Below, in pieces: positions 48,701-64,000 of a stretch of DNA of 64,000 nucleotides. Under the pieces are notes generated by a model that searched no databases, had not been told where the DNA came from, and was given only the letters and a program-made list of their open reading frames with translations. Each line of letters starts with the position of its first letter. Position 1 is the first letter of the stretch. The position numbers were made by a program, and so were the translations under genes. Source of the stretch: the human T2T-CHM13v2.0 reference genome, Homo sapiens; the NCBI RefSeq assembly GCF_009914755.1, contig NC_060927.1; one strand, 5' to 3'.

Positions 48701-51700
48701 TATATACTGTACATGAAATATCAAAGTTCACAAACTATATATTATATACTGTACATAAAATATCAAAGTACCCAAGGTATATATTCTATACTGTACAAAA
48801 AATATCAAAGTACCCAAAGCATGTATTATATACTGTATATAAAATATGAAAGTACATCAAATATATATTGGGTTCATAAAATATGAAAGTACATCAAATA
48901 TAGATTATATACTGTACATAAAATATCAAAGTACCCCAAATATATATTATATACTCTACATGAAATATCAAAGTTCACAAACTATATATTATATACTGTA
49001 CATAAAATATAAAAGTAACCAAGGTATATATTCTATACTGTACAAAAAATATCAAAGTACCCAAAGCATGTATTATACACTGTACATAAAATATGAAAGT
49101 ACATCAAATATATATTTTATTCTGTACATAAAATATCAAAGTACACCAGATAGATATTCTATAGTGTACATAAAATAACAAAGTACACAAACTATAAATT
49201 ATATACTGTACATAAAATATGAAATTACATCAAATATATATTAGGTACATAAAATATGAAAGTACATCAAATATAGATTATATACTGTACATAAAATATC
49301 AAAGTACCCCAAATATATATTATATCCTCTACATGAAATAACAAAGTTCACAAACTATATATTATATACTGTCCATAAAATATCAAATTACCCAAGGTAT
49401 ATATTCTATACTGTACAAAAAATATCAAAGTACCCAAAGCATGTATTATATACTAAACATAAAATATGAAAGTACATCAAATGTATATTTTATTCTGTAC
49501 ATAAAATATGAAAGTACACCAGATATATATTCTATAGTGTACATAAAATATCAAAGTACCCAAACTATACATTATATACTGTACATGAAATATGAAATTA
49601 CATCAAATATATATTATATTAGGTACATAAAATATGAAAGTACATCAAATATAAATTATATATTGTACATTAAATACCAAAGTACACCAAATATATATTT
49701 TATACTGTACATGAAATATCAAAGTTCACAAAGTATATATTATATACTGTACATAAAATAACAAAGTATCCAAGGTATATATTCTATACTGTACAAAAAA
49801 TATCGAAGTACCCAAAGCATGTATTATATACTGTACATAAAATATGAAAGTACATCAAATATACATTTTATTCTGTACATAAAATATCAAAGTACACCAG
49901 ATATATATTCTATAGTGTACATAAAATATCAATGTACCCAAACTATACATTACATACTGTACATAAAATAAGAAATTACATCAAATATATATTATATTAG
50001 GTACATAAATATGAAAGTACATCAAATATAGATTATATACTGTACATAAAATATCAAAGTACCCAAGGTATATATTCTATACTGTACAAAAAATATCAAA
50101 GTACCCAAAGCATGTATTATATACTGTATATAAAATATGAAAGTACATCAAATATGTATTTTATTCTGTACATAAAATATCAAAGTACACCAGATATATA
50201 TTCTATACTGTACATAAAATAACAAAGTACAAAAACTATAAATTATATACTGTACATAAAATATGAAATATCATCAAATATATATTAGGTACATAAAATA
50301 TGAACGTACATCAAATATAGATTATATACTGTACATAAAATATCAATGTACCCCAAATATATATTTTATACTCTACATGAAATATCAAAGTTCACAAACC
50401 ATATATTATATACTGTACATAAAATATCAAAGTACTCAAGGTATATATTCTATACTGTACAAAAAATATCAAAGTACCCAAAGCATGTATTATATAATGT
50501 ACATAAAATATGAAAGTACATCAAATATATATTTTATTCTGTACATAAAATATCAAAGTACACCAGATATATGTTCTATAGTGTACATAAAATATCAAAG
50601 TACCCAAACTATACATTATATACTGTACATAAAATATGAAATTACATCAAATATATTTTATATTAGGTACATAAACTATGAAAGTACATCATATATAGAT
50701 TATATACTGTACATTAAATACCAAAGTACCCCAAATATATATTTTATACTGTACATGAAATATCAAAGTTCACAAACCATATATTATATACTGTACATAA
50801 AATATGAAAGTACCCAAGGTATATATTCTATACTGTACAAAAAATATCAAAGTACCCAAAACATGTATTATATACTGTACATGAAATATGAAAGTACATC
50901 AAATATATATTTTATTCTGTACATAAAATATCAAAATACACAAGATATATATTCTATAGTGTACATAAAATATCAAATTACCCAAACTATACTTTATATA
51001 CTGTACATAAAATGTAAAATTACATCAAATATATATTATATTAGGTACATAAAATATGAAAGTACATCAAATATAGATTATATACTGTACATTAAATACC
51101 AAAGTACCCCAAATATATATTTTATACTGTACATGAAATATCAAAGTTCACAAACCATATATTATATACTGTACATAAAATATCAAAGTACCCAAGGTAT
51201 TTATTCTATACTGTACAAAAAATATCAAAGTACCCAAAGCATGTATTATATACTGTATATAAAATATGAAAGTACATCAAATATATATTTTATTCTGTAC
51301 ATAAAATATCAAAGTACACCAGATATATATTCTATAGTGTACATAAAATACCAATGTACCTAAACTATACATTATATACTGTACATAAAATATGAAATTA
51401 CATCAAATATATATTATATTAGGTACATAAAATATGAAAGTACATCAAATATAGATTATATACTGTACATAAAATATCAAAGTACCCCAAATATATATTT
51501 TATACCGTACATGAAATACCAAATTTCACAAACTATATATTATATACTGTACATAAAATATCAAAGTACCCAAGGTATATATTCTATACTGTACAAAAAA
51601 TATCAAAGTACCAAAAGCATGTATTATATACTGTACATAAAATATGAAAGTACATCAAATATATATTTTATTCTGTACATAAAATATCAAAGTACACCAG

Positions 51701-54700
51701 ACATATATTCTATAGTGTACATAAAATATCAAAGTACCCAAACTATACATTATATACTGTACATAAAATATGATATTACATCAAATATATTTTATATTAG
51801 GTACATAAAATATGAAAGTACATCAAATATAGATTATATGCTGTACATTAAATACCAAAGTACCCCAAATATATATTTTATACTGTACATGAAATATCAA
51901 AGTTCACAAACTATATATTATATACTGTACATAAAATATAAAAGTACCCAAGGTATATATTCTATACGGTACCAAAAATATCAAAGTACCCAAAGCACGT
52001 ATTATATACTGTACATAAAATATGAAAGTACATCAAATATATATTTTATTCTGTACATAAAATATCAAAGTACACCAGATATATATTCTATAGTGTACAT
52101 AAAATATCAAAGTACCCAAACTATACATTATATACTGTACATAAAATATGAAATTACACCAAATATATATTAGGTACATAAAATATGAAAGTACATCAAA
52201 TATAGATTATATACTGTACATAAAACATCAATGTACCCCAAATATATATTATATACTCTACATGAAATATCAAAGTTCACAAACTATATATTATATACTG
52301 TACATAAAATAAAGTACCCAAGGTACATATTCTATACTGTACAAAAAATATCAAAGTACCCAAAGCTTGTATTATATACTGTATATAAAATATGAAATTA
52401 CATCAAATATATATTTTATTCTGTACGTAAAATATCAAAGTACACCAGATATATATTCTATAGTGTACATAAAATAACAAAGTACAAAAACCATAAATTA
52501 TATACTGTACATAAAATATGAAATTACATCAAATATATATTAGGTACATAAAATATGAAAGTACATCAAATATAGATTATATACTGTACATTAAATACCA
52601 AAGTACCCCAAATATATATTTTATACTGTACATGAAATATCAAATTTCACAAACTATATATTATATACTGTACATAAAATATCAAAGTACCCAAGGTATA
52701 TATTCTATACTGTACAAAAGATATCAACGTACCCAAAGCATGTATTATATACTGTACATAAAATATGAAAGTACATCAAATATATATTTTATTCTGTACA
52801 TAAAATATCAAAGTACACCAGATATATATTCTATAGTGTACATAAAATATCAAAGAACCCAAACTATACATTATATACTGTACATAAAATATGAAATTAC
52901 ATCAAATATATATTAGGTACATAAAATATGAAAGTATATCAAATATAGATTATATACTGTACATAAAATATCAAAGTACCCCAAATATATATTATATACT
53001 CTACATGAAATATCAAAGTTCACAAACTATATATTATATACTGTACATAAAATATCAAAGTACCCAAGGTATATATTCTATACTGTACAAAAAATATCAA
53101 GGTACCCAAAGCATGTATTATATACTGTACATAAAATATGAAAGTACATCAAATATACATTTTATTCTGTACATAAAATATCAAAGTACACCAGATATAT
53201 ATTCTATAGTGTACATAAAATAACAAAGTACACAAACTATACATTATATACTGTACATAAAATATGAAATTACATCAAATATATATTAGGTACATAAAAT
53301 ATGAAAGAACATCAAACATAGATTATATACTGTACAAAAAATATCAAAGTACCCCAAATATATATTATATACTCTACATGAAATATCAAAGTTCACAAAC
53401 TATATATTATATACTGTACATAAAATATCAAAGTACCCAAGGTATATATTCTATACTGTACAAAAAATATCAAAGTACCCAAAGCATGTACTATATACTG
53501 TATATAAAATATGAAAGTACATCAAATATATATTTTATTCTGTACATAAAATATCAAAGTACACCAGATATATATTCTATAGTGTACATAAAATAACAAA
53601 GTACACAAACTATAAATTATATACTGTACATAAAATATGAAATTACATCAAATATATATTAGGTACATAAAATATGAAAGTACATCAAATATAGATTATA
53701 TACTGTACATATAATATCAATGTACCCGAAATATATATTTTATACTCTACATGAAATATCAAAGTTCACAAACCATATATTAAATACTGTACATAAAATA
53801 TCAAAGTACCCAAGGTATATATTTTATACTGTACAAAAAATATCAAAGTACCCGAAGCATGTATTATATACTGTACATAAAATATGAAATTACATCAAAT
53901 ATATATTTTATTCTGTACATAAAATATCAAAGTACACCAGATATATATTCTACAGTGTACATAAAATATCAAAGTACCCAAACTATACATTATATACTGT
54001 ACATAAAATATGAAATTACATCAAATATATTTTATAATAGGTACATAAAATATGAAAGTACATCAAATATAGATTATATACTGTACATTAAATACCAAAG
54101 TACCCCAAATATATATTTTATACTGTACATGAAATATCAAAGTTCACAAACTATATATTATATACTGTACATATAATATCAAAGTACCCAAGGTATATAT
54201 TCTATACTGTACAAAAAATAACAAAGTACCAAAAGCATGTATTATATACTGTACCTAAAATATGAAAGTACATGAAATATATATTTTATTCTGTACATAA
54301 AATATCAAAGTACACCAGATATATATTCTATAGTGTACATAAAATATCAAAATACCCAAACTATACATTATATACTGTACATAAAATATGAAATTACATC
54401 AAATATATATTATATTAGGTACATAAAATATGAAAGTACATCAAATATAGATTATATACTGTACATTAAATACCAAAGTACCCCAAATATATATTTTATA
54501 CTGTACGTGAAATATCAAAGTTCGCAAACTATATATTATATACTGTACATAAAATATCAAAGTACCCAAGGTATATATTCTATACTGTACAAAAAATATC
54601 AAAGTACCCAAAGCATGTATTATATACTGTACCTAAATATGAAAGTACATCAAATATATATTTTATTCTGTACATAAAATATCAAAATACACCAGATATA

Positions 54701-57700
54701 TATTCTATAGTGTACATAAAATAACAAAGTACAAAAACTATAAATTATATACTGTACATAAAATATGAAATTACACCAAATATATATTAGGTACATAAAA
54801 TATGAAAGTACATCAAATATAGATTATATACTGTACATATAATATCAATGTACCCCAAATATATATTTTATACTCTACATGAAATATCAAAGTTCACAAA
54901 CCATATATTATATACTGTACATAAAATATCAAAGTACCCAAGGTATATATTCTATACTATTCAAAAAATATCAAAATAACCAAAGCATGTATTATATACT
55001 GTACATAAAATATGAAAGTACATCAAATATATATTTTATTCTGTACATAAAATATCAAAGTACACCAGATATATATTCTATAGTGTACATAAAATAACAA
55101 AGTACACAAACTATAAATTATATACTGTACATAAAATATGAAATTACATGAAATATATATTAGGTACATAAAATATGAAAGTACATCAAATATAGATTAT
55201 ATACTGTACATAAAATATCAATGTACCCCAAATATATATTTTATACTCTACATGAAATATCAAAGTTCACAAACCATATATTGTATACTGCACATAAAAT
55301 ATCAAAATACCCAAGGTATATATTCTATACTGTACAAAAAATATCAAAGTACCCAAAGCAGGTATTATATACTGTACATAAAATATGAAAGTACATCAAA
55401 TATATATTTTATTCTGTACATAAAATATCAAAGTACACCAGATATATATTCTATAGCATACATAAAATATCAAAGTACACAAACTATAAATTATATACTG
55501 TACATAAAATATGAAATTACATCAAATATATATTAGGTACATAAAATATGAAAGTACATCAAATATAGATTATATACTGTACATAAAATATCAATGTACC
55601 CCAAATATATATTTTATACTCTACATGAAATATCAAAGTTCACAAACCATATATTATATACTGTACATAAAATATCAAAGTACCCAAGGTATATATTCTA
55701 TACTATACAAAAAATATCAAAGTACCCAAAGCATGTATTATATACTGTACATAAAATATGAAAGTACATCAAATATATATTTTATTCTGTACATAAAATA
55801 TCAAAGTACACTAGATATATATTCTATAGTGTACATAAAATATCAAAATACCCAAACTATACATTATATACTGTACATAAAATACGAGATTACATCAAAT
55901 ATATATTATATTAGGTACATAAAATATGAAAGTACATCAAATATAGATTATATACTGTACATAAAATATCAAAGTACCCCGAATATATATTATATACTCT
56001 ACATGAAATATCAAAGTTCACAAACCATATATTATATACTGTACATAAAATATCAAAGTACCCAAGGTATATATTCTATACTGTACAAAAGATATCAAAG
56101 TACCCAAAGCATGTATTATATACTGTATATAAAATATGAAAGTACATTAAATATATATTTTATTCTGTACATAAAATATCAAAGTACACCAGATATATAT
56201 TCTATAGTGTACATAAAATAACAAAGTACACAAACTATAAATTATATACTGTACATAAAATATGAAATTACATCAAATATATATTAGGTACATAAAATAT
56301 GAAAGTACATCAAATATAGATTATATACTGAACATATAATATCAATGTACCCCAAATATATATTTGATACTCTACATGAAATATCAAAGTTCAGAAACCA
56401 TACATTATATACTGTACATAAAATATCAAAGTACCCAAGGTATATATTCTATACTGTACAAAAAATATCAAAGTACCCAAAGCATGTATTATATACTGTA
56501 CATAATATATGAAAGTACATCAAATATATATTTTATTCTGTACATAAAATATCAAAGTACACCAGATATATATTCTATAGTGTACATAAAATATCAAAGA
56601 ACCCAAACTATACATTATATACTGTACATAAAATATGAAATTACATCAAATATATATTAGGTACATAAAATATGAAAGTATATCAAATATAGATTATATA
56701 CTGTACATAAAATATCAAAGTACCCCAAATATATATTATATACTCTACATGAAATATCAAAGTTCACAAACTATATATTATATACTGTACATAAAATATC
56801 AAAGTACCCAAGGTATATATTCTATACTGTACAAAAAATATCAAGGTACCCAAAGCATGTATTATATACTGTACATAAAATATGAAAGTACATCAAATAT
56901 ACATTTTATTCTGTACATAAAATATCAAAGTACACCAGATATATATTCTATAGTGTACATAAAATAACAAAGTACACAAACTATACATTATATACTGTAC
57001 ATAAAATATGAAATTACATCAAATATATATTAGGTACATAAAATATGAAAGAACATCAAACATAGATTATATACTGTACAAAAAATATCAAAGTACCCCA
57101 AATATATATTATATACTCTACATGAAATATCAAAGTTCACAAACTATATATTATATACTGTACATAAAATATCAAAGTACCCAAGGTATATATTCTATAC
57201 TGTACAAAAAATATCAAAGTACCCAAAGCATGTACTATATACTGTATATAAAATATGAAAGTACATCAAATATATATTTTATTCTGTACATAAAATATCA
57301 AAGTACACCAGATATATATTCTATAGTGTACATAAAATAACAAAGTACACAAACTATAAATTATATACTGTACATAAAATATGAAATTACATCAAATATA
57401 TATTAGGTACATAAAATATGAAAGTACATCAAATATAGATTATATACTGTACATATAATATCAATGTACCCGAAATATATATTTTATACTCTACATGAAA
57501 TATCAAAGTTCACAAACCATATATTAAATACTGTACATAAAATATCAAAGTACCCAAGGTATATATTTTATACTGTACAAAAAATATCAAAGTACCCGAA
57601 GCATGTATTATATACTGTACATAAAATATGAAATTACATCAAATATATATTTTATTCTGTACATAAAATATCAAAGTACACCAGATATATATTCTACAGT

Positions 57701-57720
57701 GTACATAAAATATCAAAGTA
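39410..57720 (+). repeat. 9155-bp near-identical tandem duplication (junction about 48545-48620)
   Basis: ORFs from 39444 to 47853 have partners exactly 9155 bp downstream (48599 to 57008). Shared private variants include TATTGGGTTC at 39711/48866, a 3-bp deletion at about 43155/52310 and TATACGGTACC at about 42808/51963. Confidence 0.92.
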
Positions 57721-58830
57721 CCCAAACTATACATTATATACTGTACATAAAATATGAAATTACATCAAATATATTTTATAATAGGTACATAAAATATGAA
57801 AGTACATCAAATATAGATTATATACTGTACATTAAATACCAAAGTACCCCAAATATATATTTTATACTGTACATGAAATATCAAAGTTCACAAACTATAT
57901 ATTATATACTGTACATATAATATCAAAGTACCCAAGGTATATATTCTATACTGTACAAAAAATAACAAAGTACCAAAAGCATGTATTATATACTGTACCT
58001 AAAATATGAAAGTACATGAAATATATATTTTATTCTGTACATAAAATATCAAAGTACACCAGATATATATTCTATAGTGTACATAAAATATCAAAATACC
58101 CAAACTATACATTATATACTGTACATAAAATATGAAATTACATCAAATATATATTATATTAGGTACATAAAATATGAAAGTACATCAAATATAGATTATA
58201 TACTGTACATTAAATACCAAAGTACCCCAAATATATATTTTATACTGTACGTGAAATATCAAAGTTCGCAAACTATATATTATATACTGTACATAAAATA
58301 TCAAAGTACCCAAGGTATATATTCTATACTGTACAAAAAATATCAAAGTACCCAAAGCATGTATTATATACTGTACCTAAATATGAAAGTACATCAAATA
58401 TATATTTTATTCTGTACATAAAATATCAAAATACACCAGATATATATTCTATAGTGTACATAAAATAACAAAGTACAAAAACTATAAATTATATACTGTA
58501 CATAAAATATGAAATTACACCAAATATATATTAGGTACATAAAATATGAAAGTACATCAAATATAGATTATATACTGTACATATAATATCAATGTACCCC
58601 AAATATATATTTTATACTCTACATGAAATATCAAAGTTCACAAACCATATATTATATACTGTACATAAAATATCAAAGTACCCAAGGTATATATTCTATA
58701 CTATTCAAAAAATATCAAAATAACCAAAGCATGTATTATATACTGTACATAAAATATGAAAGTACATCAAATATATATTTTATTCTGTACATAAAATATC
58801 AAAGTACACCAGATATATATTCTATAGTGT
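43650..58830 (+). repeat. 3744-bp repeat period nested within and extending past the 9155-bp duplication
   Basis: ORF pairs 43736/47480, 44109/47853, 52891/56635, 53264/57008, 53859/57603, 54333/58077 and 54879/58623. Confidence 0.87.
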
Positions 58831-59320
58831 ACATAAAATATCAAAATACCCAAACTATACATTATATACTGTACATAAAATATGAAATTACATCAAATAT
58901 ATATTATATTAGGTACATAAAATATGAAAGTACATCAAATATAGATTATATACTGTACATTAAATACCAAAGTACCCCAAATGTATATTTTATACTGTAC
59001 GTGAAATATCAAAGTTCGCAAACTATATATTATATACTGTACATAAAATATCAAAGTACCCAAGGTATATATTCTATACTGTACAAAAAATATCAAAGTA
59101 CCCAAAGCATGTATTATATACTGTACCTAAAATATGAAAGTACATCAAATATATATTTTATTCTGTACATAAAATATCAAAATACACCAGATATATATTC
59201 TATAGTGTACATAAAATAACAAAGTACAAAAACTATAAATTATATACTGTACATAAAATATGAAATTACACCAAATATATATTAGGTACATAAAATATGA
59301 AAGTACATCAAATATAGATT
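58080..59320 (+). repeat. 750-bp local partial duplication
   Basis: The rare CpG-bearing M1 variant GTGAAATATCAAAGTTCGCA is at 58251 and 59001, and ACATAAAATATCAAAATACC is at 58081 and 58831. Confidence 0.8.
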
Positions 59321-61009
59321 ATATACTGAACATATAATATCAATGTACCCCAAATATATATTTGATACTCTACATGAAATATCAAAGTTCAGAAACCATA
59401 CATTATATACTGTACATAAAATATCAAAGTACCCAAGGTATATATTCTATACTGTACAAAAAATATCAAAGTACCAAAAGCATGTATTATATACTGTACA
59501 TAATATATGAAAGTACATCAAATATATATTTTATTCTGTACATAAAATATCAAAGTACACCAGATATATATTCTATAGTGTACATAAAATATCAAAGTAC
59601 CCAATCTATACATTATATACTGTACATAAAATATGAAATTACATCAAATATATATTAGGTACATAAAATATGAAAGTACATCAAATATATATTTTATTCT
59701 GTACATAAAATATCAAAGTACACCAGATATATATTCTATAGTGTACATAAAATAAGAAAGTACACAAACTATAAATTATATACTGTACATAAAATATGAA
59801 ATTACATCAAATATATATTAGGTACATAAAATATGAAAGTACATCAAATATAGATTATATACTGTACATATAATATCAATGTACCCAAAATATATATTTT
59901 ATACTGTACATGAAATATCAAAGTTCACAAACCATATATTGTATACTGCACATAAAATATCAAAATACCCAAGGTATATATTCTATACTGTACAAAAAAT
60001 ATCAAAGTACCCAAAGCAGGTATTATATACTGTACATAAAATATGAAAGTACATCAAATATATATTTTATTCTGTACATAAAATATCAAAGTACACCAGA
60101 TATATATTCTATAGCGTACATAAAATATCAAAGTACACAAACTATACATTATATACTGTACATAAAATATGAAATTACATCAAATATATATTATATTAGG
60201 TACATAAAATATGAAAGTACATCAAATATAGATTATATACTGTACATTAAATACCAAAGTACCCCAAATATATATTTTATACTGTACATGAAATTTCAAA
60301 GTTCACAAACTATATATTATATACTGTACATAAAATATCAAAGTACCCAAGGTATATATTCTATACTGTGCAAAAAATATCAAAGTACCCAAAGCATGTA
60401 TTATATACTGTATATAAAATATGAAAGTACATCAAATATATATTTTATTCTGTACATAAAATATCAAAGTACACCAGATATATATTCTATAGTGTACATA
60501 AAATATCAAAGTACCCAAACTATACATTATATACTGTACATAAAATATGAAATTACATCAAATATATATTATATTAGGTACATAAAATACGAAAGTACAT
60601 CAAATATAGATTATATACTGTACATAAAATATCAAAGTACCCCAATATATATTATATACTGTACATGAAATATCAAAGTTCACAAACTATATATTATGTA
60701 CTGTACATAAAATATCAAAGTACCCAAGGTATATATTCTATACTGTACAAAAAATATCAAAGTACCCAAAGCATGTATTATATAATGTACATAAAATATG
60801 AAAGTACATCAAATATATATTTTATTCTGTACATAAAATATCAAAGAACACCAGATATATATTCTATAGTGTACATAAAATATCAAAGTACTCAAACTAT
60901 ACATTATATACTGTACATAAAATATGAAATTACATCAAATATATATTAGGTACATAAAATATGAAAGTACATCAAATATATATTTTATTCTGTACATAAA
61001 ATATCAAAG

Positions 61010-62130
61010 TACACCAGATATATATTCTATAGTGTACATAAAATAACAAAGTACACAAACTATAAATTATATACTGTACATAAAATATGAAATTACATCA
61101 AATATATATTAGGTACATAAAATATGAAAGTACATCAAATATAGATTATATACTGTACATAAAATATCAATGTACCCCAAATATATATTTTATACTCTAC
61201 ATGAAATATCAAAGTTCACAAACCATATATTGTATACTGCACATAAAATATCAAAATACCCAAGGTATATATTCTATACTGTACAAAAAATATCAAAGTA
61301 CCCAAAGCAGGTATTATATACTGTACATAAAATATGAAAGTACATCAAATATATATTTTATTCTGTACATAAAATATCAAAGTACACCAGATATATATTC
61401 TATAGCATACATAAAATATCAAAGTACACAAACTATACATTATATACTGTACATAAAATATGAAATTACATCAAATATATATTATATTAGGTACATAAAA
61501 TATGAAAGTCCATCAAATGTAGATTATATACTGTACATTAAATACCAAAGTACCCCAAATATATATTTTATACTGAACATGAAATTTCAAAGTTCACAAA
61601 CTATATATTATATACTGTACATAAAATATCAAAGTACACCAGATATATATTCTATAATGTACATAAAATATCAAAGTACCCAAACTATACATTATATGCT
61701 GTACATAAAATATGAAATTACATCAAATATATTTTATATTAGGTACATAAACTATGAAAGTACATCAAATATAGATTATATACTGTACATTAAATACCAA
61801 AGTACCCCAAATATATATTTTATACTGTACATGAAATATCAAAGTTCACAAACTATATATTATATACTGTATATATAATATCAAAGTACCCAAGGTATAT
61901 ATTCTATACTGTACAAAAAATAACGAAGTACCAAAAGCATGTATTATATACTGTACCTAAAATATGAAAGTACATCAAATATATATTTTATTCTGTACAT
62001 AAAATATCAATGTACACCAGATATATATTCTATAGTGTACATAAAATATCAAAGTACCCAAACTATACATTATATACTGTACATAAAATATGAAATTACA
62101 TCAAATATATATTATATTAGGTACATAAAA
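61010..62130 (+). repeat. Dispersed copy of the block at about 25010-26130 (offset 36003)
   Basis: The 263-aa ORFs at 25084 and 61087 are nearly identical. Both blocks carry TGAACATGAAATTTC, an M1-to-M5 skip and TAACGAAGTACCAAAAGC. Confidence 0.85.
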
Positions 62131-64000
62131 TATGAAAGTACATCAAATATAGATTATATACTGTACATAAAATATCAAAGTACCCCAAATATATATTATA
62201 TACTCTACATGAAATATCAAAGTTCACAAACTATATATTATATACTGTACATAAAATATCAAAGTACCCAAGGTATATATTCTATACTGTACAAAAAATA
62301 TCAAAGTACCCAAAGCATGTATTATATACTGTATATAAAATATGAAAGTACATCAAATATATATTAGGTACATAAAATATGAAAGTACATCAAATATAGA
62401 TTATATACTGTACATAAAATATCAAAGTACCCCAAATATATATTATATACTCTACATGAAATATCAAAGTTCACAAACTATATATTATATACTGTACATA
62501 AAATATAAATGTACCCAAGGTATATATTCTATACTGTACAAAAAATATCAAAGTACCCAAAGCATGTATTATATACTGTACATAAAATATGAAAGTACAT
62601 CAAATATATATTTTATTCTGTACATAAAATATCAAAGTACACCAGATATATATTCTATAGTGTACATAAAATATCAAAGTACCCAAACTATACATTATAT
62701 ACTGTACATAAAATATGAAATTACATCAAATATATATTAGGTACATAAAATATGAAAGTACATCAAATATAGATTATATACTGTACATAAAATATCAAAG
62801 TACCCTAAATATATATTATATACTGTACATGAAATATCAAAGTTCACAAACTATATATTATATACTGTACATAAAATACCAAAGTACCCAAGGTATATAT
62901 TCTATACTGTACAAAAAATATCAAAGTACCCAAAGCATGTATTATATACTGTACATAAAATATGAAAGTACATCAAATATATATTTTATTCTGTACATAA
63001 AATATCAAAGTACACCAGATATATATTCTATAGTGTACATAAAATATCAAAGTACCCAAACTATACATTATATACTGTACATAAAATATGAAATTACATC
63101 AAATATATATTATATTAGGTACATAAAATATGAAAGTACATCAAATATAGATTATATACCGTACATAAAATATCAAAGTACCCCAAATATATATTATATA
63201 CTATACATGAAATATCAAATATCACAAACTATATATTATATACTGTACATAAAATATCAAAGTACCCAATGTATATATTCTATAGTGTACAAAAAATATC
63301 AAAGTACCCAAAGCATGTATTATATACTGTACATAAAATATAAAAGTACATCAAATATATATTTTATTCTGTACATAAAATATGAAAGTACACCAGATAT
63401 ATATTCTATAGTGTACATAAAATATCAAAGTACCCAAACTATACATTATATACTGTACATAAAATATGAAATTACATAAAATATATATTGTATTAGGTAC
63501 TTAAAATATGAAAGTACATCAAATATAGATTATATACTGTACATAAAATATCAAAGTACCCCAAATATATATTATATACTGTACATGAAATATCAAAGTT
63601 CACAACTATATATTATATACTGTACATAAAATATCAAAGTCCCCAAGGTATATATTCTATACTGTACAAAAAATATCAAAGTACCCAAAGCATGTATTAT
63701 ATACTAAACATAAAATATGAAAGTACATCAAATGTATATTTTATTCTGTACATAAAATATGAAAGTACACCAGATATATATTCTATAGTGTACATAAAAT
63801 ATCAAAGTACCCAAACTATACATTATATACTGTACATAAAATATGAAATTACATCAAATATATATTATATTAGGTACATAAAATATGAAAGTACATCAAA
63901 TATAAATTATATACTGTACATTAAATACCAAAGTACCCCAGATATATATTTTATACTGTACATGAAATATCAAAGTTCACAAAGTATATATTATATACTG

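Larger units (their letters stand above)
1..64000. repeat. Human satellite 1A (HSat1A / SAR / classical satellite I) tandem array, 42-bp monomer, running off both window ends
   Basis: Seen: continuous head-to-tail 42-bp units such as ACATAAAATATCAAAGT-ACCCAAACTATACATTATATACTGT, with GTAC sites spaced alternately 17 and 25 bp. Established: alternating 17-bp and 25-bp RsaI fragments, extreme AT-richness and a 378-bp 9-mer define HSat1A. The family assignment is from recognition, not a database search. Confidence 0.96.

Noticed and set aside
102-63479. Numerous + strand ORFs of 67-423 aa resembling a family of repeat proteins
   Set aside because: They are translations of the 42-bp (14-codon) satellite. 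Starts and stops fall at arbitrary satellite variants, frameshifts are frequent, and no recognisable domain or gene structure is present.
1-64000. CRISPR-like appearance (conserved TGTACATAAAATATCAAAGTAC alternating with a variable segment)
   Set aside because: The variable segments are homologous to each other and cycle with period nine rather than being unique spacers. There is no leader or cas gene.
1-64000. Alpha satellite, HSat1B or HSat2/3 identity
   Set aside because: No 171-bp monomer or CENP-B box, no ~2.4-kb Alu-containing unit, and no CATTC pentamer arrays.
1-64000. Mobile-element insertion, inversion or hidden unique sequence inside the array
   Set aside because: Reading through, every stretch parses as M1-M9 monomers in the same orientation. 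I saw no non-satellite segment, poly(A) tail or reverse-complement monomer. A very short insertion could have been missed by eye.
1-64000. TATA-like boxes, TGTACA palindromes and steroid-receptor-like half sites as regulatory elements
   Set aside because: They are intrinsic to the monomer and expected at about 79% AT. No correctly spaced full element or associated gene supports a specific call.

Overview
All 64 kb is one uninterrupted, single-orientation tandem array of an AT-rich 42-bp satellite (about 21% GC by hand count of my consensus, which contains no CpG). The monomer is a 17-bp part (ACATAAAATATCAAAGT) plus a 25-bp part (ACCCAAA-ATATATTATATACTGT-like), bounded by GTAC (RsaI) sites. 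It is organised as a 9-monomer, 378-bp higher-order repeat (HOR). This matches human classical satellite 1A (HSat1A, Repbase SAR), known from pericentromeric and acrocentric short-arm heterochromatin; the chromosome cannot be determined here. The listed ORFs appear to be a by-product of one stop-free frame in a repeat whose length is divisible by 3, so no gene is called. I saw no transposon, RNA gene, CRISPR array, inversion or unique sequence, and I did not find a new gene system. The informative content is the nested array architecture: a 373-bp HOR subtype, 6-, 8-, 13- and 16-monomer structural variants, and near-identical block duplications with offsets of about 750, 913, 2047, 3080, 3744, 3851-4602, 9155, 11275-13694, 36003 and 60154 bp. 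Offsets come from matching ORFs and shared rare variants; block boundaries are approximate.
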